Shown piece after piece: positions 1 through 13,900 of a stretch of 64,000 nucleotides of DNA. Location: contig OZ037771.1 in the NCBI GenBank assembly GCA_964035545.1, forward strand, positions 15,099,289 to 15,163,288. Reading direction: 5' to 3'. Made by a program: the position numbers and the translations under genes. This DNA is from Bugula neritina (Eukaryota; Animalia; Bryozoa). Within the stretch, counting starts at the first letter, position 1. Each line of letters begins with the position of its first letter. The notes below the pieces were generated by a model. That model did no database searches. It saw only the letters and a program-made list of their open reading frames with translations, and was not told where the DNA came from.

Positions 1-465
1 AAATAAAGGAAAGCCTATTTAATGAATTACCATAAGAGATTTGATTGCAATACCAAGATGAACAACCAACTCTATTTCCAAGTTTTACAGACATAAAATG
101 AATAATTTCATGGCTTCACGAAAAACATATTTCCTGAGAAAAATACTTTTCTGAATTTTTTTCACTGCATAGCAAGGATGATAAATGAATCATTTTAAGT
201 GGGAAGTATTTTTTTAAGTTTTATGATAGAATATCACTTTGAACTTACATAAACATTGAATTCAACAAGTGGCCAAGACTTTTATGGTGTATGCATGTTA
301 GACAATGTGCAACATGTGTAATAGCTAATACGACATTAGACTAAAACAGTTTGTTAGTTTGAGTTACTCTTTAAAGTTTCTGACTAACTACACTAATGGC
401 TTCGAGATAACATAGTTTGCACGTATATAAAAGAGAGAGCTGCTATGTAAAAGTTACAAGATTAC

Positions 466-622
466 CTGATTTACTCTGTAATAGTTGAGATTGTGAAAAG
501 TTCTGCCCAGTCCGAACATTTTGCTTGCAAAATGAGTGTTTGATGGTCACACTTCTTGACGTGAAGGTTTGATCAATGTGATCACTTAAAAGCATGAAAA
601 TGACACAAAGAGAAGACCTCAT
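466..622 (-). CDS. Probable first coding exon of a secreted PAN/Apple-domain-like protein; gene continues off the left edge of the window
   Basis: Acceptor tttag at 627-626, ATG at 622, open frame MRSSLCVIFMLLSDHIDQTFTSRSVTIKHSFCKQNVRTGQNFSQSQLLQSKS, phase-1 donor G|gtaat at 465. The N-terminus is short and hydrophobic. The phase fits the PAN-like pseudo-exon at 23148-23304, which adjoins a duplicate of bases 1-356. Confidence 0.55.
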
Positions 623-2631
623 GTTCTAAACATAAGTTCTACAATGAGCTGATGTCTTACAGAAGAAAAGTTATTGATTCAGAATTTAGATCTGCTGCTT
701 AGTTTGTCTTCAGTTACGTAATCTTGATAAAGATAGCTAGCAGCTATAACTTTATAAGTACTTGAAAAACAATTATGTATCAGAAAGCTACAATTAGCAA
801 ACTATATTTCAATATTCTTTGGCAGGTTATATATATACATATAGTATTATAATTTGAATCAATTCAAAGGTGAGTAGAGTTCAAGTGGTGGCATTTGAAT
901 AAAAAATCAGTAAAAGGAAAACTTATATATTGCAATGATCTTTGAAGTACTGCATAGCTATTAACTTTAAAACTTATTGAGTGTGTCACTCACACTTTGA
1001 AGAAGCATCTTTGCCTTTGAATGTAGTAACTCAAAGATAACGTATTAACTCTTCTTGTACACGAGTTTTCACTTCTTGCTTTATATTTTTTTTCATTTCA
1101 GATTTATCGTAAATTTGCAAGTACATGATATGTTTAAAAACTTTTTAAGCCATTCAAAAACGCCTACAGGTTTTGTTATTAGCATAAATACAAGAAACAA
1201 TATTTGAAATTTGTATTTACTTTTTACGGATACATTAAGTTTGTGTCTAAATTTTTCAAATAATATTTTAACACAACTGGTTTTAAAATTCAAATCAATC
1301 TGCGCACCAATATTGTAGAACTGTGAAGCCAGATATGAAGGAAACCCTGGCAACAAAAAGTATGTCACCAGTTCTTAAAAGAGGGTTTAGAAATATCTGG
1401 TACACTTTTTTTCACTAACCGCGACTTAAGATGCAATTTCCAAGATTCAAACTGAAGGCGCATTCAAAAAACAATCTTTTTTTCTATCATTGCCTATGCA
1501 GTCTCAAGCACCTGTCTCACTTTATACTTCGAGTGTGACCTTAGAATTTTGCTGACCAGTCAATGATCTTGCCTTGGGTTTGGCCTTAGGTTTATCCAGC
1601 AGATTGCTGAGAATGTCAATAAAAGGCATTTAACTTAGCCTTGTTCCTCTATAATGTAGCTTTTGTTATATAGCAACTATATACATTACTCTAAGGCCAC
1701 AAACCTCATCCTCTACTTTTTAATAATAAATCACAGTCAAACACTTGGTTAATTAATATAAGTTGCCCTAACCTGAAGAGAGGATTTGTTGTTATTATAC
1801 TCATGACACAAGCACGTCTGTAGGATAACTAGCAACCTTTCGGACAACATGCAACAAGAGAATAAAGAAAACCAGAGGTAAGACTTTTTAGTGTAGATAA
1901 CACTCTGCAATTTTGATGAACAAATGCCGATTGCAGTTTTCCTATGTATAATAAAGTAGATATTTTTAGTTTAAACTCTCTTAGGCCTAGGTAATCCAGT
2001 GTGAAGCAATGGTGACTACCCTATAAATCCAAATATAGCAAACTGAAGATTATGAACTGAATCTAAACAAAAAATAGATATTTACACCAAAATTATTCCT
2101 ATTCCTATAACATTATGAACAAATAATACTTTTTAATTAGTCCTATATATCATTTGTTTTATAAATAATATTTCCTATACTTTTTTTTATAATAATATAC
2201 TATCAAACCATATTATTTCAAATTTCAAATATGAATTGAAAAGAAATTAAATTCTGCAACTTAGAACAAGCCAACAGTTACAACCGAATACTCATTTGGT
2301 GCTGGTAAAGTCATGTAACGTCAATTGTCATAAACATTTAGTAAACTAGGTCTTCAATTTAGTAGAAAGGGTAGACCCAGTTTACACCAATTCTACGTCA
2401 AGATTAAAATATTACCAGAAATTCGAGTTGGAAGTGCTTTTAATTATCTTATTACTTTATGCGTCCAAGGCCTTTCAGTAATAACTAATTTTGAACTGCG
2501 CAGCTGTAAAAATAAATTGTGCATAATTTATATAGCTACAAAACTTGATATAAGCTACTATAAATGTAATTTGATTGTAAAGGCAGACACTTACAACTCT
2601 ATTTTGCTTCTTCAGACAGAGATCAACAATC

Positions 2632-5600
2632 ATGTTTCCTGCAGTGCGAAAGTATGATGATCCTATGCTATGTGCTGATTACGTCAGAAACAGGCCTAAG
2701 TATCCCCCGCAGATTATCAACACTATTTTAGATTATATTGACGAAAGAGTGAGTCATAATGTCAATTCATATTTTATATTTAACAGCCACTGTATAATTC
2801 CTCAGGAATTGATGATATGTAATTTTTTCGCAAGCTGGATTTAAAATTTTAACCCATTCAACTACCAGCTCTGGGTATTAAGATTTAATACATGCATCAA
2901 GGCAAAACAATTTTTCGAATTTCAATTTCTGTTAGTTTGGAAAGTAGTGCTTTGTGACATATATCTATGTGAATGTTACAGAAGGACACGCCCATCTCAG
3001 GGAGGTTCCCATTGGCTGTAGATGTTGGATGTGGACCAGGTGTGACATCAACCTTTCCACTCTCTCCATACTTTGATAAGGTTCTTGGAGTAGACATCAG
3101 TGAAGCTCAGATTAGAGAAGCAAATCTTCACAATGACTTTGATAATATTGAGTACAGGTGAGTCTATTTAATGCTGGTAAATACTATAGTTGAGTACTAC
3201 AAGTGAGTACTACAAGTGAGTATGAAATTAGCCAGTACATATCTGTTGCAGTTTACAAAAGTAAAAAAGTTCTTAGACCACATATCTCAGCACAGACAGG
3301 AGTGTTTTATTTGGGTTTATATAATCTTTTTACGTCAATATAGTATGCTTTCACCAGCTTTGAAAATTTATTACAAATTGAGAATCTGAAAATGCCTCTC
3401 AAAGCTTTGCTTTGTTTTAGAGTGACAAGAGGGGAAACACTGCCTTTGGATGACAATTCTGCTACTCTGGTACAAGTGGCTACTGGTCTGCCCTTTCTGG
3501 ACCACAAGAAGTTCTACAGAGAATGTGACAGAGTTCTGGTTCCTGGAGGAGTTATTGCTGCCTATACATATAGCTGTCAAGAGTACAGAGTGGTTGGACA
3601 TCCAAATGCGTGGGAACTTTCTGCGATTATGAATGAGGTAATGCAGACTGAGTTATACACAATTACTCGACGCAGTTGATGCAGCAAGACAGGCAGTAGT
3701 TGAAATATAATGTTCGACTTACTCGACAGTCTGCGTAAGAGTCCCCTCGTGCAGTCTTTACTTTTACTTTCACTCTCACAATAGCCAATATCCAAGCCGT
3801 ACAAGCTGGTAGGAAATCCGGTAGGGAATCCGAATGCTTGTAAGGCAGTTAGCCAATCGCCTCAGGTTAGCTTGTAGCTTATCTGCTAAAGACTATAAAC
3901 CACATTATATTCCAGTAATGGTATCATCTGATATATACATAAATCTACTAGCATACATAATGCACCATTTATAGGGTGTTTTCACAATGAAAGTTTGATA
4001 ACCGTGCATAAATAAAATATTGCAATAGAGGGGTTTCAAACATCCCTCTAGAGGAATTTGTATTTTAAAGTTGTCTCCCCCTAAAGGTATTGGGGGCAGT
4101 CTCCATAATATATAGAAGGCCCATAAAATAAGTAGAAATGTAAGGTTTGAGTGAAGACTACTACTAGTATAAGTTTCATTTTTTCTGAGATTAATATTTT
4201 GGCATAAGTACACATATGAGCAGTTTCAAAAAATTTTTAAAAAATTTTGTTAATGATAAATGGCACAAAAACAAAACTTCAAAGCATATTTGTGGTTTTG
4301 GTTATTGAGCAAATCTGAAGCTGGCAGCTGTCATTATTATTTGCTTTGCTGACTGTAACCAGTCTGTTTAGAGCTGCTAACCTTTCAACTCTTAGAACAA
4401 TAATAACATGCTCGTACACTATATAGCTGCACTAGTGGGCTCTGTCTTACTGAACTCCAAATGCTCCAAATTATGGGTTGGAACACATGCCTGTATGTTT
4501 ATGAAGGCACTGGCTCATTTGTATTAACATGTTCACGTACTTACACACCTATACTATGAAAATAACTAAGCCACCCTACTATCTAATATTTCTATATATC
4601 AAAAAAATTATTATAAATATAAAGATATGTATTAAAATAGATAGATTAAATTTGTAATTTCAAACAACATCTTATCTAAAAATGCTAAACACTGTATAAC
4701 TATATATATGTTTTAAAAGCATTTGTTTACATGGCATGCCTGCAAGTCAATGAAAATATTTAGAGAACAGTAAAAAGAATATTAAGAACTCATGGCTATA
4801 TAGAGACCTGAAACAGTGATGTTCAAATTAAATATACTTTAAATATACTTCATGCATTGTCTTCTCTAACATATTTTAGTCATAAATCCTTAAACTAGAC
4901 AAACTGCCAGGCTACTTTAATTGTAAAGCAAATTTTTACATTTCATTTACAAAGTCAAATTATTTTAGAGCAAAATTTTTTATTGGCTTGAAATTTTAGA
5001 TACCTGAAAGAGTAAATTCCAGTCAAAACCCAGAGTCTTCAGATTACAACATGATGGTCATCAGGAAATACACAGATCCAAATCTACAGATCCCATACGC
5101 AGACAGGAAAAGGTGATGAATTTAGTTAGCATCACAAAAATATGAAGTACATGAATATTGCTGGAAGTCAATTTTGTTTCAATAATGGCATTGTACATTG
5201 TTTCAACATTCAAATACTTATCTTTTTTATTATTTTCATCACAATTTTTCATCATTACAAAATTTTATTACAAAATTATTTCAAAATTAGTTTATTTTGT
5301 AGATTTCTAGCGTTTACTTTTTTTCAGATATTTGCTGTTATGATTATGTAACTCAGCAGACATGCAGCAGACAACATGGTGATAAAAATTATTGCCAAAA
5401 GTTCATGCAGTTTTATAGTCTGTAAAATCTCACTCTGAGTATGGTGCCCTACTGGTCAAAGACTAGCCCTGTGTCCTCATAACTCCAAGGAGAAGTGAAA
5501 CCTAAAATTTACCTGCAATTAAGTGGTGCTATTTCTTGAGAACTGCAAGTAATTGAATTACCAAACACAAAACATAATTTAACAATTAAACATTATTTTT

Positions 5601-6295
5601 ATTTTGTAGAATTGACAATGTATATATGAATGTACACAGTACAATTGCCGGCTTCCTGGAATTCTACCTCTCTGCATCGTTTGTACGAAAGTATGTGAAC
5701 AGCTGCAGTGAAACCATGGCATGGTGGAAAACCTGCGGGGAAAGGTAATTGCGATTCACTGTTTTATTGTTTTGCCATCAAAATTTTTAGAATATAATGG
5801 AACATATGTTGTGCAAAGCTAACAAAACCGTCTAATATCTGACTTCAGTCTCACTTTAGCTGTGTGAATAAGTACCAATTGTTTACAATATACAATTTTC
5901 GCCAGAGTAACAATGTGTGGCTGTGTGGTGTTTTAGATGAGTATAAAAAATTTTACAGAAGTTTATAGTCACCATCCCTGTGAGAACCCCCTGATGAAAG
6001 GGGGTTTTGTTAGAACGGGCTAAGGATTTGTTCAGATGAGGCACAAGAGCAATTATGACTGGATGCTCTTCCTAACATCACCAATAGCCTTTGTCGGCCG
6101 GGGCTCGAACCCATGACTTCGTGTTCACAAAGCAAACACTCTAACCCCTAGACCACAGCTGCTCCCTTAGATAAGTATGACTATACTGTCTATATTTTCT
6201 ATTTCAGAATGATGGAGGCATATGGTACAGATGATCCAGAAGCACCGTTAACCTACCAAATGGAGGTTTTTATGCTGTTGGGTCGAAAAAGTTAA
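2632..6295 (+). CDS. SAM-dependent methyltransferase MT1 (Methyltransf_11, Tmt1/Crg1/DDB_G0268948-like), 281 aa
   Basis: Exons 2632-2748, 2982-3157, 3421-3637, 5000-5112, 5610-5744, 6208-6295; all GT-AG and in frame (846 nt). Motifs: YxxxRPKYP, motif I AVDVGCGPG, acidic motif VLGVDISEAQI, RVLVPGGVIA, C-terminal MLLGRK. Confidence 0.92.
5961..6166 (-). mobile_element. tRNA-derived SINE in MT1 intron 5
   Basis: The minus strand starts gggagcagctgtggtctaggggttaga (A box) and contains ggttcgagcc (B box). Highly similar to 59395-59598. Confidence 0.8.
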
Positions 6296-9119
6296 AAGAG
6301 TACGGGGTTTAAAGTAGTATTTTACCTTCATTTGTAAAATAACTGTAAAATATATAGTATGGGAGTTGATTATACTAGCATATACATGGAAAACCCGGTA
6401 CGTTAGGGATTGGAATCATAATGCTGCTAATTTGTTTCTAAACAGTAACTACTAGCAATAACTTTTCACAGGTGTTCTTATATTGTTATGAACTATTGAT
6501 TTGGATTATTCTAGCCTAAATGCATGTTTCATTTATATTCGCTTCTGCAAGTACAGTTTATATGCTCTCATTGAGTATATTGTCATATATATAGAGCTAT
6601 TTTTTTATGTCTGCAGCAAATATTACATTTATTATAATCAAGTGCTGTGTATTTACCCAGGTTGAGGTCAATTCACTAAGTCCATGAAATTATGTTTAAG
6701 CAATCAACTGAAATTATTATTCAGATGAAACAAAAATACATGTGTTGTAAGACATTTTAATATCATGTGTATATATATATATATAATGTATAAAATGTAT
6801 ATAAATGTGTATATGTACTGTGCATGTGCATGTGTGTGTGTGAACTTCAAAACCTCTGCCTATAGTACTGCATGAATGTACAGAAAAAACTCTTTTATTG
6901 ACCTTCACAACTACATTATTTTTCTTCTCTTATTTGCAATGTTGCTATCAAAATTTTAATTTACTGAAAAGTTCTGCTAACTGGAATTATTTCAGCGAAA
7001 TTGCTGCCTGTTTGCTTGTGAAAGTCAGCTATACAGCCTGCAACTCATCAAGATAAGTCCTATCTGCACTGACTCGTTTATCTTTAGTTTTCTTCTTCAT
7101 TCTGTATAGTATACAGACTGTTGCAAAAGTTGCCAAAGGCCTATTCAATAGGCAAAACCATAAGTTTGTAGCTTAAAAAATAAACTAGGTCATGTGCAGT
7201 AAAGCAGACCATGCCTATAACATAGAGAAATGAATGCAATTTTACATATATTTAAATACAATAGCCAAAAGTTGGCACATGTAAGTGAATTTTCTGGAAC
7301 ACAGCCATAATAAGTATAATCATGACTCAAACAGTACAATTAGGGAACGTCACACCTGACAACCACTTTGAATATAAAAAGTACAGCTGTGATTTATGAT
7401 TAAAAACTAGTTGGTGAGATTTGTAACCTTACAGCCGTTGCAGGTCATGACAGTTTTTAGAACAGCATTTCCTGACAAATAAGAAGAGTTTATATAGCTT
7501 AATATTCTAGTATAATATTGCAATCTAAAATTATAGTATATTATGTGGATTACAATAAGGAAATAATGCTTAAAAACATATATTCTATAAATGGATCATA
7601 TATTAGAGTCTATAAGACAGATATGAAATTAGTTGTATATAGTATACAATACACTAAGATTAAACAACCCGTGCTAATTGGAATCTACTTTGTGTATATT
7701 AAAATATTAGTGTATAATATATTGAAAATTCAAAATCAAAAATCACCGTTTAGATTTTGATAAAAATAGATGTTCCTTAACTTCATTTGGTAATGAAACA
7801 GCAGGAAAAAATAAACATGTTTATCTAATCCTGCAGCACTAAAATATTACAACTAATTATACTTATAGAGTTCATCTTGTAGACTTCAGGTGAAAATGTT
7901 CAATCTCAGAGCTTAAATACTTTTCAATGTACTCCTCTGTCTTTTCCAAGTTCTTTTATATACACCCATCATGTTTTTTATACTCCTCACTGAGTACATT
8001 TTCAAGTTACACTTTCTGTCACTGCCTAAATTTGCTATTATGCTTTCTACATTAGATAAGGGTGAATGAATTAAAATAAATTCAAGCTTGGGCTATGCTA
8101 TTTTTCTCCTTTTAATTGCAAATTTTCACTTGCAAATATTTAGGGTTTTAGAGCTCAAAACTGTTTAGACTTTATTTATCTGTTTGTAAGTTTAGATATT
8201 CCATTCTTTGCACACAAAAACTTCCAATTACTTAGTATAATATTACTTTCCTCATAACCAAACAAGTTCTTATGGTTGTTATCTCAATAAATATTAATTT
8301 TAAAACTCCTAAGTCCGTTGATTGCAAAATTATCTTCAGTATGCATGTGAAATATTTACAACATGTAAGATATTTTTCACATAGCTGAGTGAGTGCAAAA
8401 AATGGAGGAGTACAAACAATTGTTCAAATAAAAGTTGCCAAAAAATATTACAAAAAACAATACATTTTCCAAACTAAAGTTATGAGTAATTGCTGAATTT
8501 CTCTTAACTTTGAGCATTCAATTATTGTTTAGGTTTTGAAGCAATGTTAAATTACCGATACCATTTGCACCTCTTCTTAAACAAGTTAAAAACGTGATGC
8601 AGCAATAAAGCATAAATTAAACTTCATCTAGAATTAATTATTCACATGTTAGTGAAATGGGAATATGAAACAGGGGTGGGGTCCCAAATACTCCCCTTTT
8701 ACTGTTCACCTGTGTGGCAAGATGTAGTTTTTGGTCTAACATGAATCATAAATTGGTATTTGGGTTAAAAGTTAGTTACTTCACAATTATATACAGAACA
8801 TCTCATGCTATGAATAGCTGTTAAATTACCTCTGTTAAAAACACTGCCAGTGTGTTCCCTCATAAGATTAATGCATACGTTATTTGCATTCATTAATGTG
8901 ACCGATAGTTTAATCATCCAAGTTGTTGATGCGCATGTAACTAGGTCAATATATGCAAATTGGCTGCGGATTATAACATAGCTAGCAAATATCAATCAAT
9001 CATTTGTCTGACAACCAAGATTCCAGTATCTCCAAAATGACTTATTCTCAATCAAGAGTCAAGTTATATGCAGTGCCGCATGCATGCACACTGTGAGTTC
9101 TTGCTGTGACTTTTGAATA

Positions 9120-9156
9120 GAGACACACACGCACGCACACACACACACACATGCAC

Positions 9157-9211
<55 letters not shown>

Positions 9212-9483
9212 CACACACATACACACACACACACACGCACACGCACACACACGCACACGCACATACACACACACAGGCACACGCATACACACATACACGC
9301 ACACGCACACACACACATACGCACACACGCACACACATACACACGCACACACACACATACGCACACACGCACACACATACACACACGCGCACACACGCAC
9401 ACACACACATATACACACATACACACACACGCACACACACGCACACACACGCACACGCACATACACACACACACACACACAGG

Positions 9484-9526
<43 letters not shown>

Positions 9527-10128
9527 CACACACATACACACACACACACAACACACACGCACACGCACACACACGCACACGCACATACACACACACACAG
9601 GCACACACATACACACATACACGCACACGCACACACACACATACGCACACACATGCACACACATACACACACACACACAACACACACGCACACGCACACA
9701 CACGCACACGCACATACACACACACACAGGCACACACATACACACATACACGCACACGCACACACACACATACGCACACACGCACACACATACACACGCA
9801 CACACACACATACGCACACACGCACACACATACACACACGCGCACACACGCACACACACACATATACACACACACGCACACACACGCACACACACGCACA
9901 CGCACACGCACACGCACACGCACACACACACACATACACATACACACACACACACAGGTTATACACACACACACACACTCACACACACACACACACTCAC
10001 GCACGCACACACACACACACACGCACACACACGCACACACATACACACATACACACATGCACACACGCACACACGCACACACACGCGCACACACACACTT
10101 GCTCACACACATTCACTCACACACACAT
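9120..10128. repeat. About 1-kb compound (CA)n microsatellite with cg/ta interruptions and internal block duplications
   Basis: Direct reading; produces spurious HT/CV ORFs. Confidence 0.97.
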
Positions 10129-10299
10129 ATATGTATATTATCAAAAATTTTATATAACAGTGAAAACCTGAAACCTGTTTCATTTACTCTACGATTCTTT
10201 GTTTTACTAATTATCTTTATTACAACATGTATAATTTTTGAGCTTAAAGAGATTAGGATGTATTAAACAGAAACAGAAATATATGTATACATATATTTG

Positions 10300-10440
10300 C
10301 TATTAGATGTTGGGAGTGGTCCAGGATTGATGTCTACAGTATTCTTAGCTCCATACTTTGATAAGGAACTTGGAGTAGACATCAGTGAGTCTCAGATAGA
10401 GCAGGCAACTCTTAACAACAAACACCAAATGTTGAGGGTA
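10300..10440 (+). pseudogene. Orphan degenerate copy of methyltransferase exon 2 (MT3/5/6 type)
   Basis: Reads DVGSGPGLMSTVFLAPYFDKELGVDISESQIEQATLNNKHQ. It has C>S in motif I and a 1-nt deletion relative to MT6 (caccaaatgttg vs caccaaaatgttg). No other exons were found nearby on this strand. Confidence 0.85.
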
Positions 10441-10991
10441 GGTTACTAATTTTGTTACTCTGCCCTTGAAAATTGCTCTTAGTGTTAATTTAACCCTTGA
10501 TCTCAGAATTAGCAGTCTAAGTGGTTTCAAATTTATAGTCAGTAGTACAAGTTGTTCAGATCGTATTGACCATAAAACACAGCATATAGCAGTACTGAAG
10601 CATACTATAAGTGGGTTGCATTACTTTTGATGTATCTACTTGATTATATAATATCGTACTGCAGGTTTAACCCTAAACATAATCTAATGTACATATATAG
10701 CCTGTTTGATAACAAAATACAAAAGACAGAATTGTATTCAGGAGTGTAGAATGACAATTTGTAAAAATTCAAAAAGCTGCCAATGTTTGTTTTTAAGAAG
10801 TGCTAACAAAATTTGCTTTAGTGAGAAATATAGAGAAATAGATGGAATGACTTGTAGCAATCATTTCTCGGGTATTTAATGCACAGCAGTAGTTGCGGTT
10901 TGCTGAATAACTTTCTATATTTTACATTTTTCAACTAGAAACGTTTGATACAAATTATGAAATGAAAATAACCAACACATATATGCAATGT

Positions 10992-13900
10992 TTAACTTTT
11001 TCGACCGAGAAGCATGTAAACTTCCATTTGGTAGGTTAACGGTGCCTTTGGATTGTCTGTACCATATGCCTCCATCATTCTGCAGTAGAACATACGAGAA
11101 GTTATCACACCATGCAGTTATACATAGCTGTTCTACCACAGCCTTCTGTAGACTATTTTCTTTTAACTGAATTTCTATCATTTCTATTGCTGGAATTACA
11201 TTTTTAATACCCTCAGTTTAAAGAAATGAAGTAGTAGGTAACTTTACCTTTTCTCACAACTTTTCCACCATGCCATGGTTTTACTGCAACTGTTTACATA
11301 GTTTCGTACAAATGAGGTGGAGAGACAAAAATTTAAAAAGCCAACAATTGTATTGTCTATAGTCATATATACATTGTCAATTCTACAAAATAAAACAATA
11401 ATGAATAACAAACATGCTAAAATGTTTGCGACGTTTTGTAATATCTTTTTCCAATATTTCATCACTTTGAATTATGTTGTATATGAGGCTTCATTTATCA
11501 GGTGATTCTATGGTTTTAACTTTTAAATTTAAACATGGCATAACGTTATATAATATAAGTTGTCAGGGATTACAACTTTCTACTCAGTCAAATATTAAGT
11601 TGTGCATCTCTCATAATAAGCTATTTTTAGATATTTCTTTAAAGTCTTACTACAGACTGAGTTATATGATTTTTGCATTCACTATCAATCTGGAGACTTT
11701 TCCAAAAGTTGATTAAGCTTTAATAGAAAAAAGATTTTAATAGCATTAAGAGAACAGCAAGTCTCTGCATTTATACACACGACCCACAGCACTAGAATTA
11801 GGCTAATGAACATCTAATCTGGTAATTAGTGTCAGCATACAAACACAACCTCTTTCTGTCGGTATATGGGATCTGTATACTCGGATCTGTGTATTTCTCA
11901 ATAATCATCATGCTGTAGTCTGACGACTCTTGTTCTTGACTAGAATTCACTTTTTCAGGTATCTAAAATTTTATAAAACATCAGTCTGATTTTACTCTTG
12001 CATAGTTGTTCCTTTCTTGCATACTTTTTTTTACACTGAGTAACCCTGCAGTTTGAACAGAGTGTGTCTATGTATGTGACTTTTCAGTGGTTTAGTAATT
12101 AAGTCATTTAAAAATTCATGCTGTTGTACAAAGCTGTAGGAATATGTTGTCAAACCTTCACGATAGAAACAAACAAGAAGTACTCTATAGTTGACAATGT
12201 TGACAGTGTTACTACAAAAAAATTTAAATAATTGGCCTTAAATAAAATATTACCTACATAAAATTAGGCTGGAATTTTGGCATCAATTTTTATAACTTGA
12301 ACCAGTCAGTACTAGTCACTACTAGAGTAAGAGGTCTTTTCACTACTGGCCATAACACTAGAGTAAGAGGTCTCTTTACTAGTCTACGATTGGATGGTAA
12401 CACATGTTCATTTTTCTGTTTTAACACCTGACATGCTTTTGATATATAAAGAGCGCAATTAACAGCTATATATACTAGTTTGCATTCATTACAACTGTAT
12501 GTTAGTAATGAATGTACACTGCAGCTGCCTCCACTTTATTATTCACCAGTTCACTATACCTGCTGTCTTAGCCCTCATTCACACTTAAAGTACCGTAGGC
12601 CGTAACAGCAAATATCAGCCATTTTTACAAACGTCTGAGCTTCCTGTACGGTACTGCAGTACATTAGGATCAAGCACTGCTTGATTCAAAAATTTTGTGG
12701 CAAACTTATATAGGACAGCAAAACTTTTGCGTTTACTCATTGGATATAATTGTACAGTGAAGTGTCATAAATCGTACCTAATAGCGAACTTTGAAAACTT
12801 CAGTCGGACACAATAAAAATGGCTGATATTTTGCATCACAGCTTTCAGTACGGCAAGTGTGAATGAGGGGTAATACTGCCACACTTATATCTCCGCAGTC
12901 TGCCGTCACTGGTGTATTACTTCATTCATGATGTCAGAAAGTCTCTCCGCATTTGGATGTCCCACCACTCTGTACTCCTGACAGTTGTATGTATAGGCAG
13001 CAATAACCCCTCCAGGAGCCAGAACTCTGTCACATTCTCTGTAGAACTTGTCATGGTCTAGAAACATCAGACCAGTAGCCACTTGTACCAGAGTAGCAGA
13101 ATTGTCGCTCAAGGGCAGTGCCTCCCCGCTCGCCACTCTAAAGATAGACTTAACTCCATGTGTTTTGACTGGCAACTTCAAGTTTTTCAATAATAAAACG
13201 CTTTCAAAGTCATAAAAAAGTGCTAGCCAAAATAACATTATCTTTTTTACTCTTTGTAACCAATTGTAAAAAAGTATTTTAATGTAGCTGAATGTGACAT
13301 CATGTGTTTGTTGCCAGTATATATGCATTCACAAAGCTTATAGTTGCTATCCCCATGAGAACTCCTGATGGAAAGGGTTTTTAAAATAAGCTAAGGGTTT
13401 ATTCATGTGTGACACAGCAGCTATCACAATTTAAAGCTCTTCCTAGCATATCAGAGCCGGTTCTTGAACTGGAACCACTGACCTTGTGTTTATTAGGTCG
13501 GTGCTCTAAATACTACACCACAGCTGCTCTGTTACCAATTCTGATGGGAATAGATTATACCAGACACTATACACAATAACATTTTCTGTCCTCAGATTTG
13601 TTGTTTAGGAAGTTTTTTAATTTTGTCTAAACTCTGACAGATATTAGCTAATTTCATACTCACTTGTACTCAATATTATCTAACTCATTGTGAAGATTTG
13701 CTTGTCTAATCTGAGCTTCACTGATGTCTACTCCAAGAACCTTATCAAAGTATGGAGAGAGTGGAGAGGTTGATGTAACACCTGGTCCACATCCAACATC
13801 TACAGCCAATGGGTACCTCCCTGAAGTGGGCGTGTCTTTCTGTAACAGTCACACCCAAATAGTTCTATAAGTGTTTTATGTAATCAAACATACAAATTGC

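Noticed and set aside
1093-1368. 91-aa ORF
   Set aside because: Non-ATG start, AT-rich composition, no recognisable motif or supporting exon chain.
6085-6166. tRNA gene
   Set aside because: The tRNA-like head is attached to a ~130-bp body repeated at other loci and no clean cloverleaf is apparent, so it is a SINE.
9048-10266. Long ORFs of 138-371 aa rich in HT/CV
   Set aside because: Translations of the CA microsatellite, which lacks stops in all frames; the repeat is nearly absent from the paralogous site.
10915-11181. Duplicated 78-88-aa ORFs (also 25327-25563)
   Set aside because: Wrong-frame readings across MT2/MT4 exon 6; their similarity reflects the segmental duplication.
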